Shown: positions 49,768 through 63,767 of the stretch, piece after piece
How positions within the stretch are numbered: the first letter of the stretch is position 1
Layout of the letters: every line of letters starts with the position of its first letter
NCBI GenBank assembly: GCA_051362555.1
Contig: CM120644.1
Location: 1,682,954-1,746,953 of the forward strand
Source: Lingula anatina
Taxonomy: Eukaryota > Animalia > Brachiopoda
Direction of reading: 5' to 3'
DNA: 64,000 nucleotides
The notes under the pieces: generated by a model
The model's input: only the letters and a program-made list of their open reading frames with translations
The model's database searches: none
Told to the model about the DNA's origin: nothing
Position numbers and translations under genes: made by a program

Positions 49768-52700
49768 TTTATTATTTATAATAATAACGTTAATAGTCAT
49801 GTCAAAACTTAAAAGGCAACTCCACAGATTTTCCTGCATATATGGATTTTCCTGGGGAAATAAGTAACTTTCTTGTACTCACGAATCATGTTTATCTATA
49901 CCTTTCTGCAATGGGAATCAATGTAAAAGTTAATTTAGTTTAAAATGACTGGCCAGTCATTGCAACCAGCAACCATTTTCCTATAAGGTTCTTATGTAAA
50001 TATCAACACCAGGTATGCTCCAGAAATAAATGATTTTAAGAGGATTATGCAGCAAGCTTTCAAGTGAGTCGGCCATGTTTGATCCAAGTATCTGTTAGTC
50101 CTCTAATCAACTTGCTCTGAATGCACCCTTACCCTGTAGATTCACTGGGCTGACCATCAGTCATTCTCACGGTTAGCGGGCAGCCTGGGGGGTACTCCAG
50201 GTTATTCAGGTGATCCAGAGCCCACGCCGCACATTGAGGGGAGGCGTATTTTACATAGGCAGTCCCTGGAAAATTTTGAAAATCATTGCCCAAACCTTAA
50301 CATAAATAGGATGCTAATGGGATTAATAAATATTTCTTTACGCCAGGTTAATACTATTAAGAGGAACTTATGTTCAGCCAGCATATTCTAGATAAAAAGA
50401 GTGTCACCTGGGAAAAAAGAATAATGGCGTAAATTCACCGCTGTGGCAGAACTAGTTCTTATTAAAAGTCAAAACATTTTGATGAATTTTAAACAGATTT
50501 ATAATGAAATTGTAAAGCTCTATTATGCAAAAGTAAGAAAAGTAAAATAATTATAATAATGATCATAAAGCTCATAAGTATAAAATACAGCCTGTCAGTA
50601 ACTTAACATATTTCAATACTATAAAACATAAAATCTTCAATTCAGGTATTACCTGTTCCCTGGTTAAAATCGCAGTATTCTAACTGCGGCACCATGTTAC
50701 AGAGAGCGTGCATCTGTTGGGCCGTGACCTGCATTGAGGCTATAATCTGGAGTCTAACGCCACCTGCTGGGCTGTAGCTGCTCTGGATACTTTCTAATGG
50801 ACCTGAAGTATGAATATTTATCTGCACTGACAGCACTGCACTGTAAGCATAGGCACAAATTTGGTAGACTTAAAGTCAGATATTTTATTTTCTACAAAAC
50901 CTTGCATACTCGAATGGTTTAGCATTATTTAACCCAAAGCTGAGCAATCTGTCGCATTGGTCACTGAATCACCAAGAGACCTAGAAATAAGTGTCTGAAA
51001 GTTTTGTAAAAAAAAAAAAATCAAATTTACCATCTATAGTGAGAAAAATCAACGGACGATAGCTTTGGAAAAACAGTCTGTGCTTTGGTTACATATGAAT
51101 TTATTGACAGCTATCACAGTAAAAACTTGAAAATTTAGTCTTGAAAATTTTATCAAAGATAATTCTCCACCAACATAACTTTTTTCACTAAGTCTTGAAA
51201 AATTCATCAAACTCTTACGATTTTGAAAAGTTTGTCAAATAATATGGCCCAGTCAGATTCAGGCATTTAAAAAAAAATTCAAGTTTATCATAGTTTCTCA
51301 CCATAGCTCAGCTATTATTAAACATGATCTCAATCACTGGCAGCTCAGAATTACCTCTGCTTGTCATAGAGGGTTCTGGAAATCTCCTTCCACCGTCATA
51401 AACATCCTCTCTTTGTGCAAATCTACCATCAAAGTCTCTGTCAGGGCCGCCATATCTGGAGTCTCGTCCCATCCCCCCAAAACCACCCCCACCCCCGCGG
51501 CTCTCCCTCCCCATGTCAACAAACCCTTCACTGTACGAATCCCTGTCGTAGGACCTAGACCCCCTACTGTCGCGTCTGGCCCGGTCATCTCGACTGGACT
51601 TTGGCTCAGCAAAGACTGCTTTAAATCCTACAGAGTACATGAATATATATCTTCATATATATATATATATATATATCTTTATATCACACAGAGTAAATGA
51701 ATATATATAATATTATATATAATTTTATATTATATATAGAGTACATGTATATCTTTAAATCCTACAGAGTACAAGCGTATGAGAATTAGTTCAGAGTTGG
51801 ATCTATATGTAAAAACAATAGTTTCATTAATAATGAGCCCTAAGACAGTGGTAGTACTCACTGGATTCACAGTTTTCCAAGGCCAGTGCACAGTGATAGG
51901 CTTTATAGTACTTAACATAGGCCAGACCTTTACTCCGCTGGGTGTCTTGGTGCCTGACAATTCTCACGTACTCTATGTCGCCCCATTTCTGCTCAAGATA
52001 ACAACAACAGTTGAGTTTTCATATCATAAAATCTTTTTAGTAGCATTATTTGTAAACTGACATGACTTCAGTAATTAACTTCAATTTTTTACCAGGCTGT
52101 CTTTTTTCCCCATTTTTTTTTTAAATTTTATATTTCTGGGATATACGGAGCTTCAAATCAATTAATATTTAGACTGCTGATAGATTCACCTGACATACAT
52201 GATACGTCACATGATACGTGGTATTCTAGAATCAAATTTGAACTAAATTTTTATAAAAAATACAATTCTTTTAAGTCTTGAAATTGTATGAAAAAAGTGT
52301 TAGATAATAAATAACAATTTCTTACACCAAAAATCTCCCTAATATCACTCTCCGTGTACTCAGTGGGCACCATGATGAAGATCCTCAGACCTTTCTCTTC
52401 TTCATTCGTCTCCCTTGTGGACCCATGCTCTCGTTTACTGGCTATCATAACCTGAAAAAATACAAAACCATGGTTATGATGAGCTCTACTGGTATATGTC
52501 TGTCTGTCTGACTGTCTGTCTGCTGTATATCTACTTCTCATTTTTACTTTCTTTACTTTAAAAAACAATCCTGCTTAATATCTCACCTTGAGAGGTTTTG
52601 GGTCATCTGGCAGTGTTCTTCCGTTCAGTTCCTCCATGGCCAGAGCTGCCTCTGATGCCTTGGAGAACTTGATGTATGCAACACCTGCCACAAAAGAAAA

Positions 52701-53401
52701 AAACAACATTTTTATTAATATATATGTCCTGTGATCTAAAGCAATATATCAAAATGCTCCAAACATGTACTAGTACCGAAATCAAAACACATACTCTTCA
52801 ACAAATAAATACCCCAGTAAGTAATAAAAATAAACCATACTTAAATAAGGTAATATAGCAGACGCCATCATATATGTATATATATGGTTGTACTCCATCC
52901 CCAATTTTAAACATATGACAAGCGTAAGTATGAACCCTGTTCAGAGAGAGTTATGTGTGTGTGGGGCGGGGGAGGGGGGGGGTACTCATTATAGTGTGTA
53001 TACCTGTACAGTATGTTTCCTTGTTGATCTGCAGCTAGGTGAATGCACGTCAATTAACTAATTCGTCAAACAATAATTGAATGTGGCTTCATCTCAAAGC
53101 AAACAGCATCATTACCTCAGTGTGGTGCTCTGTTCTGCTTCTTGCCCGGAACATGCAATTTACTGAATCACAACTAGGTTCAGTGACAGTGGTTAAAGAA
53201 ACCATTGAAAAGCCGCTCACCTTTTTCTTTATTACTTTGCCGATCTTTGACAACCCAAATGTCTTCAATGGTTCCATATTTTTCGAATGCTTTTCTGAGC
53301 ATGGGTTCAGTGACGCCTTTTGCACAGAGCACAAATAACCGGCTATTTGCCGGCGTGTCTCGTGCCACTCGATGCATTTCGACCGATTTTGGATCGCCTC
53401 T
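48602..53401 (-). CDS. RBM45: RNA-binding protein 45 (RRM1-RRM2-HOA-RRM3, C-terminal NLS); exact start uncertain (in-frame ATG at 53377 or an upstream exon)
   Basis: Exons 53221-53401, 52587-52684, 52326-52451, 51862-51988, 51355-51627, 50653-50802, 50133-50265, 49633-49723, 49043-49292, 48602-48762. Motifs PANSRLFVLC, GTIEDIWVVKDR..KGVAYIKFSKASEAALAMEELNG..PKPLKVMIAS, RIFIMVP, KGLAYVKYYK..ALALENC..FKAVFAEPK, LEYPPG, FSRFGNLIDAY, C-terminal KRPRT*. Confidence 0.92.
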
Positions 53402-53668
53402 CTGAAAATACACACTTTGCGCGTAAAAACGTGTACAGTAGCAGTAACGATAAACAGATTTACCCACTTATTTCATTGCAAAACCCTTTGGTATTATTGT
53501 ATTTGAAATATTTTTATTTATATTTCATCTAAATTGTTGTCTTGTCTAATTTGACAATCTTGTTTAAACACTGAAGTATCAACTTTATATCGTGCAGGTG
53601 GTGGCAACATTTTGTCCAATCACCGCTTTATTAACTATTCACTGCGGGCGTTGTTGTATGTAGCAACA
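53402..53668. promoter_or_regulatory. Compact bidirectional promoter RBM45 / C10orf67-like with an RFX X-box-like element (GTTGTATGTAGCAAC, 53653-53667)
   Basis: Under 300 bp separates the first recognisable RBM45 exon from the C10orf67 ATG. CpGs are locally enriched. The X-box-like motif directly precedes the ATG. Confidence 0.55.
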
Positions 53669-56600
53669 ATGGCTGAGTTGGATTTAATTCGAGAATTAAA
53701 TATATATTCCTCGGAGGAAGATGACCTCAGAAATAATGTTCTCGCTTTGGAAAGCTACAGGGTGGTTGGAGATGAATCACTCAGGTAAATAGAGTTGAAA
53801 CATTGTCGTTTACTCGTTCAAAATAGATTCTGTTCGTGCCCCGAATGATTAAATTTTCTTGAAAAATAGCTTAGGAGGGCAGTCTGCGTCGCATAATGAT
53901 ACAACGGCCAAGTGGAAAACAGGACTAATTTTTCTTAATGATTTCACTAAATTATACCTTCATCTAGTACATAGGATATATACGTGTTCACAATTTCCTA
54001 CTGGCCTTCCCATTAAACAAACTACAATGTCACTCCAGCTACATATTTACATGCATGTACTGTACAATAGCAGCATTTATTACTAGTACCTGGAGTGGAC
54101 TTGGCTGAAGTTCTGGCACCGATGTCTTCAACGTTAACATCATGCAATATTCTCCCAGTATGGTTTACTAATAATACTACTGGTGCAAGAATTAAGCACA
54201 CTTGAAAAGATCTCGCACCAAACCAATTTATGTTGTACTGTACATGTGCAGTACATACTACTGTACATTCCATTTATATAAACATTTGTATAATGTACCC
54301 GTAAGTTATTTGAATTATGTCTTACTCGAACCCTGTTTTTATTTTAGACCTTCTTTGGCTGAGCAGAGAAAAGTTGGATTCTTCCGTCTGGACAGGCCAA
54401 CACAGACTGAGGTCACAGAGATAGTTGATCTCCAGGAGATGACAGAAGTTCTTCAGACACTGTTACAGGCAAGTATAAACATTAAATGTACTGAGAACTC
54501 TCTATATGGGATTTACTCACCAATATGAATTTTTTCTTTTTTTTTAATCTTTTTTTTTATCTTTTTTTTTTTTTTTTTTTGGGGGGGGGGAGCAATGTCC
54601 TCCTACTTAATAATAATTGCTCAATCCAACTGTGCTCTTAGATTGGTTGTTTTATCATATTTTAAATCAAATGATTTTTAAATTAAAATTTTGAATGGCT
54701 GACCTTCTCAGAAATGCACAAGAAGATTTACTGAAGTGTTCTTTTCTTTCAGGATGTGAATATCTTAAAAAGAGAAATCCACACAGCTAGAGGGCTCATG
54801 TTAGCTGACTTTGAGTCAAAGTTACAGAAGAAAGCACTGGAACTGTAAGTATGGACAACAGCCAGGAGACATTTTCATAGCACAGCTCTGAATTCATTCA
54901 GTGTACTGTTATAGTATCTTTAAAGTTAAAAATATTTGAAAAAAAAATATTGTTATGCATAGTAATAATGAAAAAACTTTTTGGGATTTTCTTTATTTAT
55001 TGGCTTTTGACTTTTAATTTACTTATCATTTATGTATGATTTATTTTTATAATTTTTCTATTCCCAGTTACTGCCGCATCAACAGCAGAGTAGATGAATT
55101 AGAAAAGATGCATGCAGATGTAAGTATAGCGACCATAATGTTTTGTTTAATATTTGTCTTATTCAGTGGTATGGATATAGCACCACATACCTTAAGAGGA
55201 TTGTCAGCAACAATTTAGTTTACCTACATCAGCCACTCATACACTCTGATATGGTCAGTTGCATGGCTGATATGTTTAGTAACCATCCTTGTTATATCAC
55301 TATCAGTTATCATCTATTGACTTTCTGAATTAGTTTCTTTTAGATACATCAGTTTTAACAGGTTGTTTGCAGTTTTCAGTTATACCAAATATATTTGTTT
55401 TCCATTGAAAAAAATTGCAGTATACACCCTGTGTGTATTATTTTTTTTATCTTTTAATTTTTTTATCTTTGAATTGATAAATTGATATTCTCCAGAGAGT
55501 TGGTGTCATTAGAAGAGCCTTCAGACAACAGTTATCAGATGCACTTTCCAATGTGGCATCCATATTTGATGTAAGTATTCTTTCTGTCCTCAGTGAATTT
55601 TGTAATATTGTGAATCAAGAATCATATCTGTTCAGTATTAAGCAAGTTATTAGTTCTTCATTTCTTCTGAGTTGATCTGTTTGAGAATATGTCGAGACTG
55701 ATACTACCGGTAGAATTGGATATTAAAGATGACATACATGTAATGATTACACCACAAAACACTGATAGTATGTGACAATTAATCAAAATCTTATTTTCTG
55801 CTTTAGGTAAAGTCATTTTTGTACATACATGTATCCCATTGAGACATATTTATTTTCAAAAAAAAAAAATGTAAAGGTTTAAAAGAGACAAAGAAGGAGA
55901 AAACAAAAACAAGCCTTAAAGAGTATAAATTTTAAAAACAAAGCTTCATATAAGTACCATTTGTTTTTACATTGCTGTTTCACCTTTTATCACAATATAG
56001 AAAAACTATCAGAACAAGATGAACAGTGACCAGAAGAAGAAGAACGCCAAGGCCGACAAGTTGGAGGCAAAGATTAGGGAGCTGCAGGGCGTGATCCAGA
56101 GAAATGATATGGTGATAGAGATGCTGAAAACGCAGCTGGCACAGTATTCTAAACAGGCTGCAGAGGTAAGGGGAAAGTATTGGGGATATACTCAATTACA
56201 ATAGCATGCATTTTCATATACTAGTACTTGTATATTGCCATATACCGTATAGTATGCCAATTACATAGTATGCCATATATTGTATACTTGTACCACATGT
56301 GAGTGTTATTTTGTTGTATAAATGCTGTTGGGACCTGTAACTGGTTAAAGAGGGTCGTTTTGTTTGGTCTCTCCCTGATAAAAGTTTCCGATGTGATGTC
56401 CTTTAGATAATTGGCCCAAAATCCTATGGGGTCCTGTGTGCTGTCCTGTAGGAAACTGGACCAAAATCCTACAGGGTCCTGTAGGACAATACATGTATGT
56501 CCTAGATATGAAAGAATCCTATAGGACATCCAGTAGAATTCTCATGGAGTCCTATATACTAGTACATGTAGAGTCATAGAGGACATCCTGTAGGAAATTT

Positions 56601-58596
56601 TAGTAAGGACTAGTAGTTCAGAGCTCTGCTGTACACGTACATACTGTAGCACCCTGAGGATATATGTTCTCACAATAAGAAACAATTAAAGCCTTAGGGT
56701 GTAAAAACACTAAAAAAAAACCATTTTGGTCATACATATATTATCAAACAAGGAGACCTCACTGGAGATGCTTTTTATGCTAAATAGGTATCTTACAAGC
56801 AACAGCATGTTAATAATATATGAATTTATTACTGAGTATTGAATGTGGAAAAACATAAGAAGCATATAGTACTGTATATTGCTTAAAGTTGGCTATTTCT
56901 GCATTGCTTTCCATTGGAAGTTTTTCGCTTTGATTTAATTGGTTAAAATGAATAAGCATCTGCATGAAAAATTATATTTAATTTTTTTTCAAATGGACTA
57001 TATTTTGTATTATTTAATGTATTTATATATTACTAAATGAAATGAATTTCATGTCAGAATTGCATGATAATAATTCTACTCTGTTTGTTGTGTAATATGT
57101 ACTTAACATATAACTTTATCGTGAGTAAATGATAACTAATTTCTGTAAAATAACAAGCACTGTTTTGAATCACATGCACAATTTATTGATTATACTGGTG
57201 TCATATTTTCCATGCTTCAGACACATTGTGCTTGTAAGGCTGGTGTGATGACTATGAAATTCCTACTTATATCACACTGGTTTGGAATCACTTGTCTTTT
57301 GGGTATAGTCAATAATTTGTGGCACAGGTGTTTAACCAATAAGCACACATCTTGAAAATCACATGACTCGTGGTAACCAATCAGTGCTTAGTTAGAGATC
57401 ACACGTTTTTATGGTAACCAATCAGTGCATGACTTGAAATCACATGACTTTATGGTAACCAATCACTGCATGGCTTGAAATCACATGACTTTGTGATAAC
57501 CAATCAGTGCATGCCTCCATCTTTCCAGTCTATAGATGCCCAGGTGGACAGACTGCTCAGCAGCGTGCCATCCAATAAGGTGTTTGATCAACTTGTTTGA
57601 TTTTGTTTCTTTAGAAAGATTTTTGAGCAGAACTTGTTTCTTGATGATGCTTGCTCTAATCTCACTGTCTGTTATTATGCTCTTTGTGCCTTAAGCCTTT
57701 TTGCTTTGTCAAGTCCTTTTCTTTCTTTTTGTTGAATTTACAAAAAAAAAAAAAAAAAAAAAGAAAAAAGAAAATTGCCACATACCTCCACAAAGAGATA
57801 GCGACAGCTGATGTCAAAAATACTTTCCTTTCGTATACTTTTTTATGCTTATAATTGGCACAGCTGTGGTTTGTATTATAGTCTGGTGTTGCTGTTTTGT
57901 GTTGTTTGATTGCTTGCTTTATCTTTGCCTTGCTGTGTTGAATTGCAGTTGTTAAATATGTTTACCTTTTATCATATTTCAGAATTTGTATATGAATCAG
58001 CTAACTTTTTGAAGTTGATTACATGTAACTGTAGAAATAACTGGGTTTTTAACTGAGAGTATAAAAGCACAAATCATGCAAGACAATATTCACATTAATT
58101 TAGATGGAATCACTAATATGCCTGAAGTCTGTAAAAAAATACACTCACATATTTCTAGTTTATTTAATCCAACTTAATGTGTGCACTAATGGGTATGTTT
58201 GAATAAATAACACAATATCAAAATATCTCCACTGTCTTATCTTTGCCAATATTTCAGATATATTACTAAGCTGTGTTCCAGTTTTTACAATTTTAGACGG
58301 TTTCAATTAACTATTTTGCAGGAGGAGGAAGAAAGCAGACCTCCCACAAAGTCCCCGAGTATCAACCCAGAGTTGGACGACCTGAGAGAGAATGTTTTCA
58401 ACTTGGAAAATAAAGTGTCTGAGCTGGAGAAAGCTCTGGATACCAAGACAGACTTAGCAGCTAATCTAAGTATGAAACTGGGTGCATTCACATCAGTTAT
58501 AACCCAGACCTTTACTGGTTATAAATGTAGTCAAATTAAAAAATGATAAAGAAAATGGTTCAGAAGAAAAACAGTGATGTTAAAAATGAACAGAAG

Positions 58597-58657
<61 letters not shown>

Positions 58658-61600
58658 TGATGAAGTGGATGGGATCACAAAGAAACTGGAGCAGGAGAAG
58701 AGAGTCACCAGACAGGTAAAATACTTACCCTCTACCAGGACGAGTGATAGATTTTTTAAAAAAATATTCACAGATATGTCTCTAGCTAGATAGATGGTCA
58801 TTTAGGGCTGAACTCACCCTGTTGAGGAATCCCATGTGGAAACAGTTATCTCTGTAGATTGAATGTTTGATGATCAAGCAAGTGATTGGTTGATCAGTTC
58901 ATCAGTTGGTTAGTTGGTCATTTTATTGAATGGGCATGCACATATATTTTCTCTCAAAGTTCTATTGAAAGTCCTAAATGTAAAGATATTTTGCCAGGTA
59001 GAAAACATTTCTTGTCTGGCACATGGTTTTCGAAAAATACAGATTTTATGTCATTTTTGCTCTCATTCTCTAGCTTCAAGAGGAATTAGAGAATCTGAGG
59101 GAAAACAGTGAACAAGAAATGGCTGAAGCAAGAAGAATGGTGAGTTATATGTGAATCAGAGAGGAATGCACATGTGATGGTAGTATTTACTTGATCTAGT
59201 CTGTAAGAAATACAAAATTTAAACCAAATAAAAAGAAAAACAAAATTATAACTTTTTTTATCAAATATAAGATTTTTTTTACCTTTAAGGGCATATTATT
59301 TATTGGTAATTTTGGATTTTTCCACTTTCTTAAATTAGAGTCTCGCTGAGCAACAAATTCTTGAACTACAGAGACAAGTATGATGAAATTCTTCTATGCA
59401 TGATCATTTACTGGTACCTATATATACACACATGCATTTTGTAATCTTACCATGCCCAATATAATGTTTTATCCCTGGCAATTTCTGGATTACATTAATT
59501 AACTAATTTATTTATATGTTGACTTTTTTGGGCTGGAGGATGGGGGGGGGGGGGGGGGGCATTTTTTTCTTTTTTTTTTAGGTTTTATACCTTTGCATGC
59601 ATGTGACAAATCAGGGATACACCATTCTGTCAAGCTTAAGATACCATGTCATGTATTATCTTAGAAAGCCTTACACAAATTGAATGCAGATGACACCCAA
59701 GGGGCTTTTCGAAACTAATTCAGCCTTTAAAGTAAAATACAATAATATTTAACATGCTGACAATCCCTTTATACTATTATGCATGCAGCTGTGTTAAATG
59801 AGAATATATCCAAGAGAGATAAATGGTTAATGTAGTACTAATTTTGATATTTGTAATATTTTGATCAGAAAATAATGATGGTTATATTTTTCATCTGACA
59901 AAGAATGGTGAAGTAAGTGACAGTAGATATTTTGGTTTAGGGGAGCAAGCTGGTGTTTCCTTCCACTGGAAAACTTATTGCAGATCACTTTTTATTCATT
60001 TTAAAATTTATTGGAATTCTAAGATGATATTCTGTTAAAATATTATATCATTTATTTAACTCCAATTAAAAAATACTTAAAGAAATAATAAAAGTTAACT
60101 GACATGCTGTTGAATAAGTCTAAAATATTTTATTGTGCAAGAGCAAAGATAAACTGTTGTACTAAGTTTTTTGTGCCTATATACCAGTAAAAAGTGTTCT
60201 GCAGGTTATCCTCATCCTATACACCTTACCCCTTTCTTTGGCTTTCCCTTTGGTACACTCATACCTTTCCCATATGTTCATACTGATAAAATTTTTTTGT
60301 AATTTCAAGTATTCATTTATTATTATTATTTTTTTAATGATGTATCTTGAATTCAGGTTAAAAATGAATGATGAACTGTACATCTTGTAGCTTATCCTAA
60401 TGTCTTGATAAAATGTCTAATTGCTTAACACATAGCCACATAGCCAGCACCAGGTAATGGCCATAGTATATTGAAGTGTAGATATGCACAATAGCACTCT
60501 AGTCCTGCTACACAAAAGTCTTAAGTTTCAGAGCACACCTCAGGGCTCATTCTCAGTGAAACTATATTCTTCCTAACATCAGGGGGAGGCATGTTCATCT
60601 GTTAATCTGATTGTATAATGAGATTCCCTGCAGAATTGGATCAATCTATATATGTACTAGCAGACCAATAGTTGCGTTGGGAATGAGCACCTAGACTGCT
60701 AAAGTGGGATAGCTGACTAAAGTCATTTCATTGCTGTTAGGCAAATTACTTGGCTAAGATTCATAGCAGTCTTGGCTAAGATGTTTGACTTAAGTCATTT
60801 TGTGGCTGTGTCAATCCCCTGTTTGAAGCAGCAATGTTGACTGTGCATGTGTTTATCCTCCCTGACTGCTAACTTGAACACCCTGAGTTTCAAACATTAC
60901 TGGAAACTTACCTCAGTCTAAAGTCACTGGATACTTATATCTCTAGTTTATCAATAGAAATTGCAGTCAGGCTGATGACAGAAATGAGTTTCCTGTAATC
61001 TCTAGATCTCGGGGCGTCTGGCACTGCCTGTTATCAGCACACATAAGAATGCAATTCAGAACAAGTTTATCCGCGGACTAACAGATCCACATTTTAAATA
61101 TGGCCAATCCACTTAAAGGTGATGCCGCTAATCCTCTGATGGTCTTCCTGCCTCCATAGGTGCCCTAGCTGCAGGGGTATAGTAATTAAAACCCAGAGCC
61201 GAGATTGAATTCATATAACAGCACGTGTGGAGGCGGGAGACCATCAGGGAATTAGCAATATCACTTTTTTTGTGGGGTCAGCCACATTTAGTTGGTCTAT
61301 CAGTTAGTCCATGGATCATCAGTTCTGAATAAATGCACCCATACAGTACTTGCTACAAGCACCATGCACTGCCAAGTTGTACACAACCAGTAGCTGATCC
61401 AGAACACACACACACACACACCCTCCCCCTCTGCTTCCTTTTCAAGAAACAGAGCCAATATCTGTAGTAACAAAAGTGGGGCCGTAGCGATAGTCCGAAG
61501 GTTCAATAGTCCGAAGGTTCATTGGTCCGAATGTTCACTATAGAACCTTCGGACCAATGAACCCTTGATTAAAAAATCGATAAAAATGTTACCACTTTTC

Positions 61601-62919
61601 GGACCAATGAACCTTCGGACCAATGAACCTTCGGACTATCGAGACGCCCCCACAAAAGTTATAGCAGACACTGAACACCTCAGATCCATCTTTTTAAATC
61701 AATGGGAGTTGGGAATTAGATGCTGGAGAGAAGTTACTCTGTTAGATTCAGGGCGGGGCCCAGGCACTACTGGTCTCTATATATTATGTGCCATGCAATG
61801 CTTATTCAATTAAGTCACACTATGTACATTTATTGTCAGCACTGTACAATTATTATCAGCACGTACTGCATATATTTGTATTGCTTGGCATCTCCTTTTG
61901 ATAATTATAAGCAGCTGAAGTTGTCATATATCATGATAGAAAAAATGTGCATGAAAATGGTAAAGGGTCATAGTTGTCCTTAAATGAATTAATTTAGACC
62001 CCATTTCCAGAGATTAGATCGATCTACTTTAGATCGACCTAACTCCCTGGGGGTTCACGCTAAATAGCTGTCAGCCAAGCGGACACGAAAGTTAATTACC
62101 CCCTTACAGCTTGTAGTAGGCAGGACGGACATTTAAGCCGGATTATCTGACAGTAATCTAGTGAGACTCCCCGCGGAGATAGATCGATCTAAAAGCTCTG
62201 GGAATACAGCCTAAGATTTCTCCCAATAACTGGATACAAGTACGTGTGTATGTGTACCTCATCCTACAATATACAAACATGTATATAATACATTGAGTCA
62301 CTGTCACAGACCATGCATGTAAAATAACTTGAAAACAATATTAATTGTGCTCCATGTAAACTTTGATATTATATTCTGCATCATACACTATCTGTTAGTA
62401 CTGCCTTTGTCTTTCTTGTATTATGCATGTGCTTGGATATGGGCATGTGCTTATATTAAGTGGTTTTGTTATTCAGGGTACATGTACTTGTTGATAACAG
62501 ACTGTAATAGAATTACCATGGAATAAAGTTTACTGCATGAGCTAAATATTATACTTTGATTTAAGAAGCATTTTTATTCATTTCAACCAAAATGAAACAT
62601 TAAATTTTCACTTTTTGTAACATATTATGTAACTTATATTATATAAGTTAAAGTATGTAATAATTATTTTTATGTATACATTATAATCAAATACTAATGT
62701 AAGTTTTTTTTTTTTTTTTTCTTCTAAGATTGAGCAGCAGAGAATAGAAATGGAACAAGAAATGAATGAGAAGACAAAACAAGCCAGAGATGAGGTATCC
62801 AGTGATTCTGGCCCTCTTCATTTTTTCCCTATCATTTGTCTATTAATCATTATTATTTGATTAAATTTTGCTGAATAATGGGTAAATAATGGCAAGATTT
62901 CTCCACCCTCTCCTCTCGC

Positions 62920-62984
<65 letters not shown>

Positions 62985-63767
62985 CACACACGTGCAGTCA
63001 CACACATGCACACACGTGCAGTCACACACATGCACACACACCAAATATTTTACACTTAAGACTACTTTGAGTCTTACTGAATGCAAAAAAAAAAAAAAAA
63101 AAAAAAAGATCACTAACTCACAGAACGTCTTCATTTGTGCATCCCCAGGCACTTTAATACAATATATTATAATAATAATTATATCCTACTATCTGTATCT
63201 CTCTTTCTTCAGGTACTCTCCATGGCGAGGTCAGAGGCAGCAGCAATGGCAGATTCAGAAGGAAAGAAAGTCATGAAACTGATGGAAGAGAAGAAAAAGT
63301 TGGAGGAACAGTTAGCAAAGGTGTGTTGTTTTTTAACATTATATGCAAATGATTCAGATTTTTATTATTGTTTTGATCAAATAACGTTTAAATGAACAAC
63401 TTTAATTTTAGTTAAATTAAGTCTTGAATCTTATCAAGGTCCTTTGATCAAAGGTGGAAACATTTTTACTCATATGAAAATTTGACAAAAATAACTTGTT
63501 CTGCCCGATGGTAACCTTATAAAATTTTGGAATTAAGTCACCATGGATTTGCCCTATATACCAGTAAATTGATTGAATACCAAAATGTGAAAAAAAATTC
63601 ACACATATATTTTTCAATCAATTTTGTGCCATGCAGGAGCGCGCCCTGGTGGCAGAGCTTTCCAAGAAGAAGGCAGAGCCTGTGGTGGAGAAGAAGGAAG
63701 AGAAAGTGATCACAGACGTAGATAAGATCATCCTCAGTGAACAGAAATGGAGAGTTATGGTGGCTAA
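53669..63767 (+). CDS. C10orf67: C10orf67-like (DUF4709) coiled-coil protein, 5' part (continues beyond the right edge)
   Basis: Exons 53669-53784, 54348-54468 (GC donor), 54753-54844, 55068-55119, 55496-55570, 56001-56165, 57529-57579 (tentative), 58322-58481, 58657-58715, 59074-59139, 59339-59377, 62729-62794, 63213-63320, 63637-63767; phases consistent. RPSLAEQRKVGFFRLDRPTQTEVTEI..DFESKLQKKALELYCRINSRVDELEK..IRRAFRQQLSDAL resembles recalled DUF4709. Confidence 0.8.
56372..56609. mobile_element. Degenerate MITE-like element with internal TCCTGTAGGA repeats
   Basis: Ends CCCTGATAAAAGTTTCC..GATGTCC / GGACATCCTGTAGGAAATTTTAGTAAGG are loosely inverted; repeated TCCT(A/G)TAGGA palindromes inside. 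Confidence 0.45.
57330..57515. repeat. ~39-41-bp tandem repeat (about 5 units) containing GGTAACCAATCA
   Basis: Unit ~AAATCACATGACTTTATGGTAACCAATCAGTGCATGACTTG, directly upstream of the tentative 51-nt exon at 57529. Confidence 0.75.
61088..61296. mobile_element. Degenerate foldback element (probable old MITE)
   Basis: AAAGGTGATGCCGCTAATCCTCTGATGGTCTTCCTGCCTCCA (~61116) pairs with TGGAGGCGGGAGACCATCAGGGAATTAGCAATATCACTTTT (~61228-61268), with weaker outer pairing. Confidence 0.55.
61478..61651. mobile_element. Non-autonomous DNA transposon with 15-bp subterminal tandem repeats and 8-bp target-site duplication
   Basis: TIRs GGGGCCGTAGCGATAGTCCGAAGGTTC / GAACCTTCGGACTATCGAGACGCCCCC; internal (CAATGAACCTTCGGAC)-type repeats in inverted arms; ACAAAAGT duplicated at 61470-61477 and 61652-61659. 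Confidence 0.8.
61997..62211 (+). mobile_element. MITE family A copy 5
   Basis: Same core and ends; flanks TTA / TAA. Confidence 0.85.
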
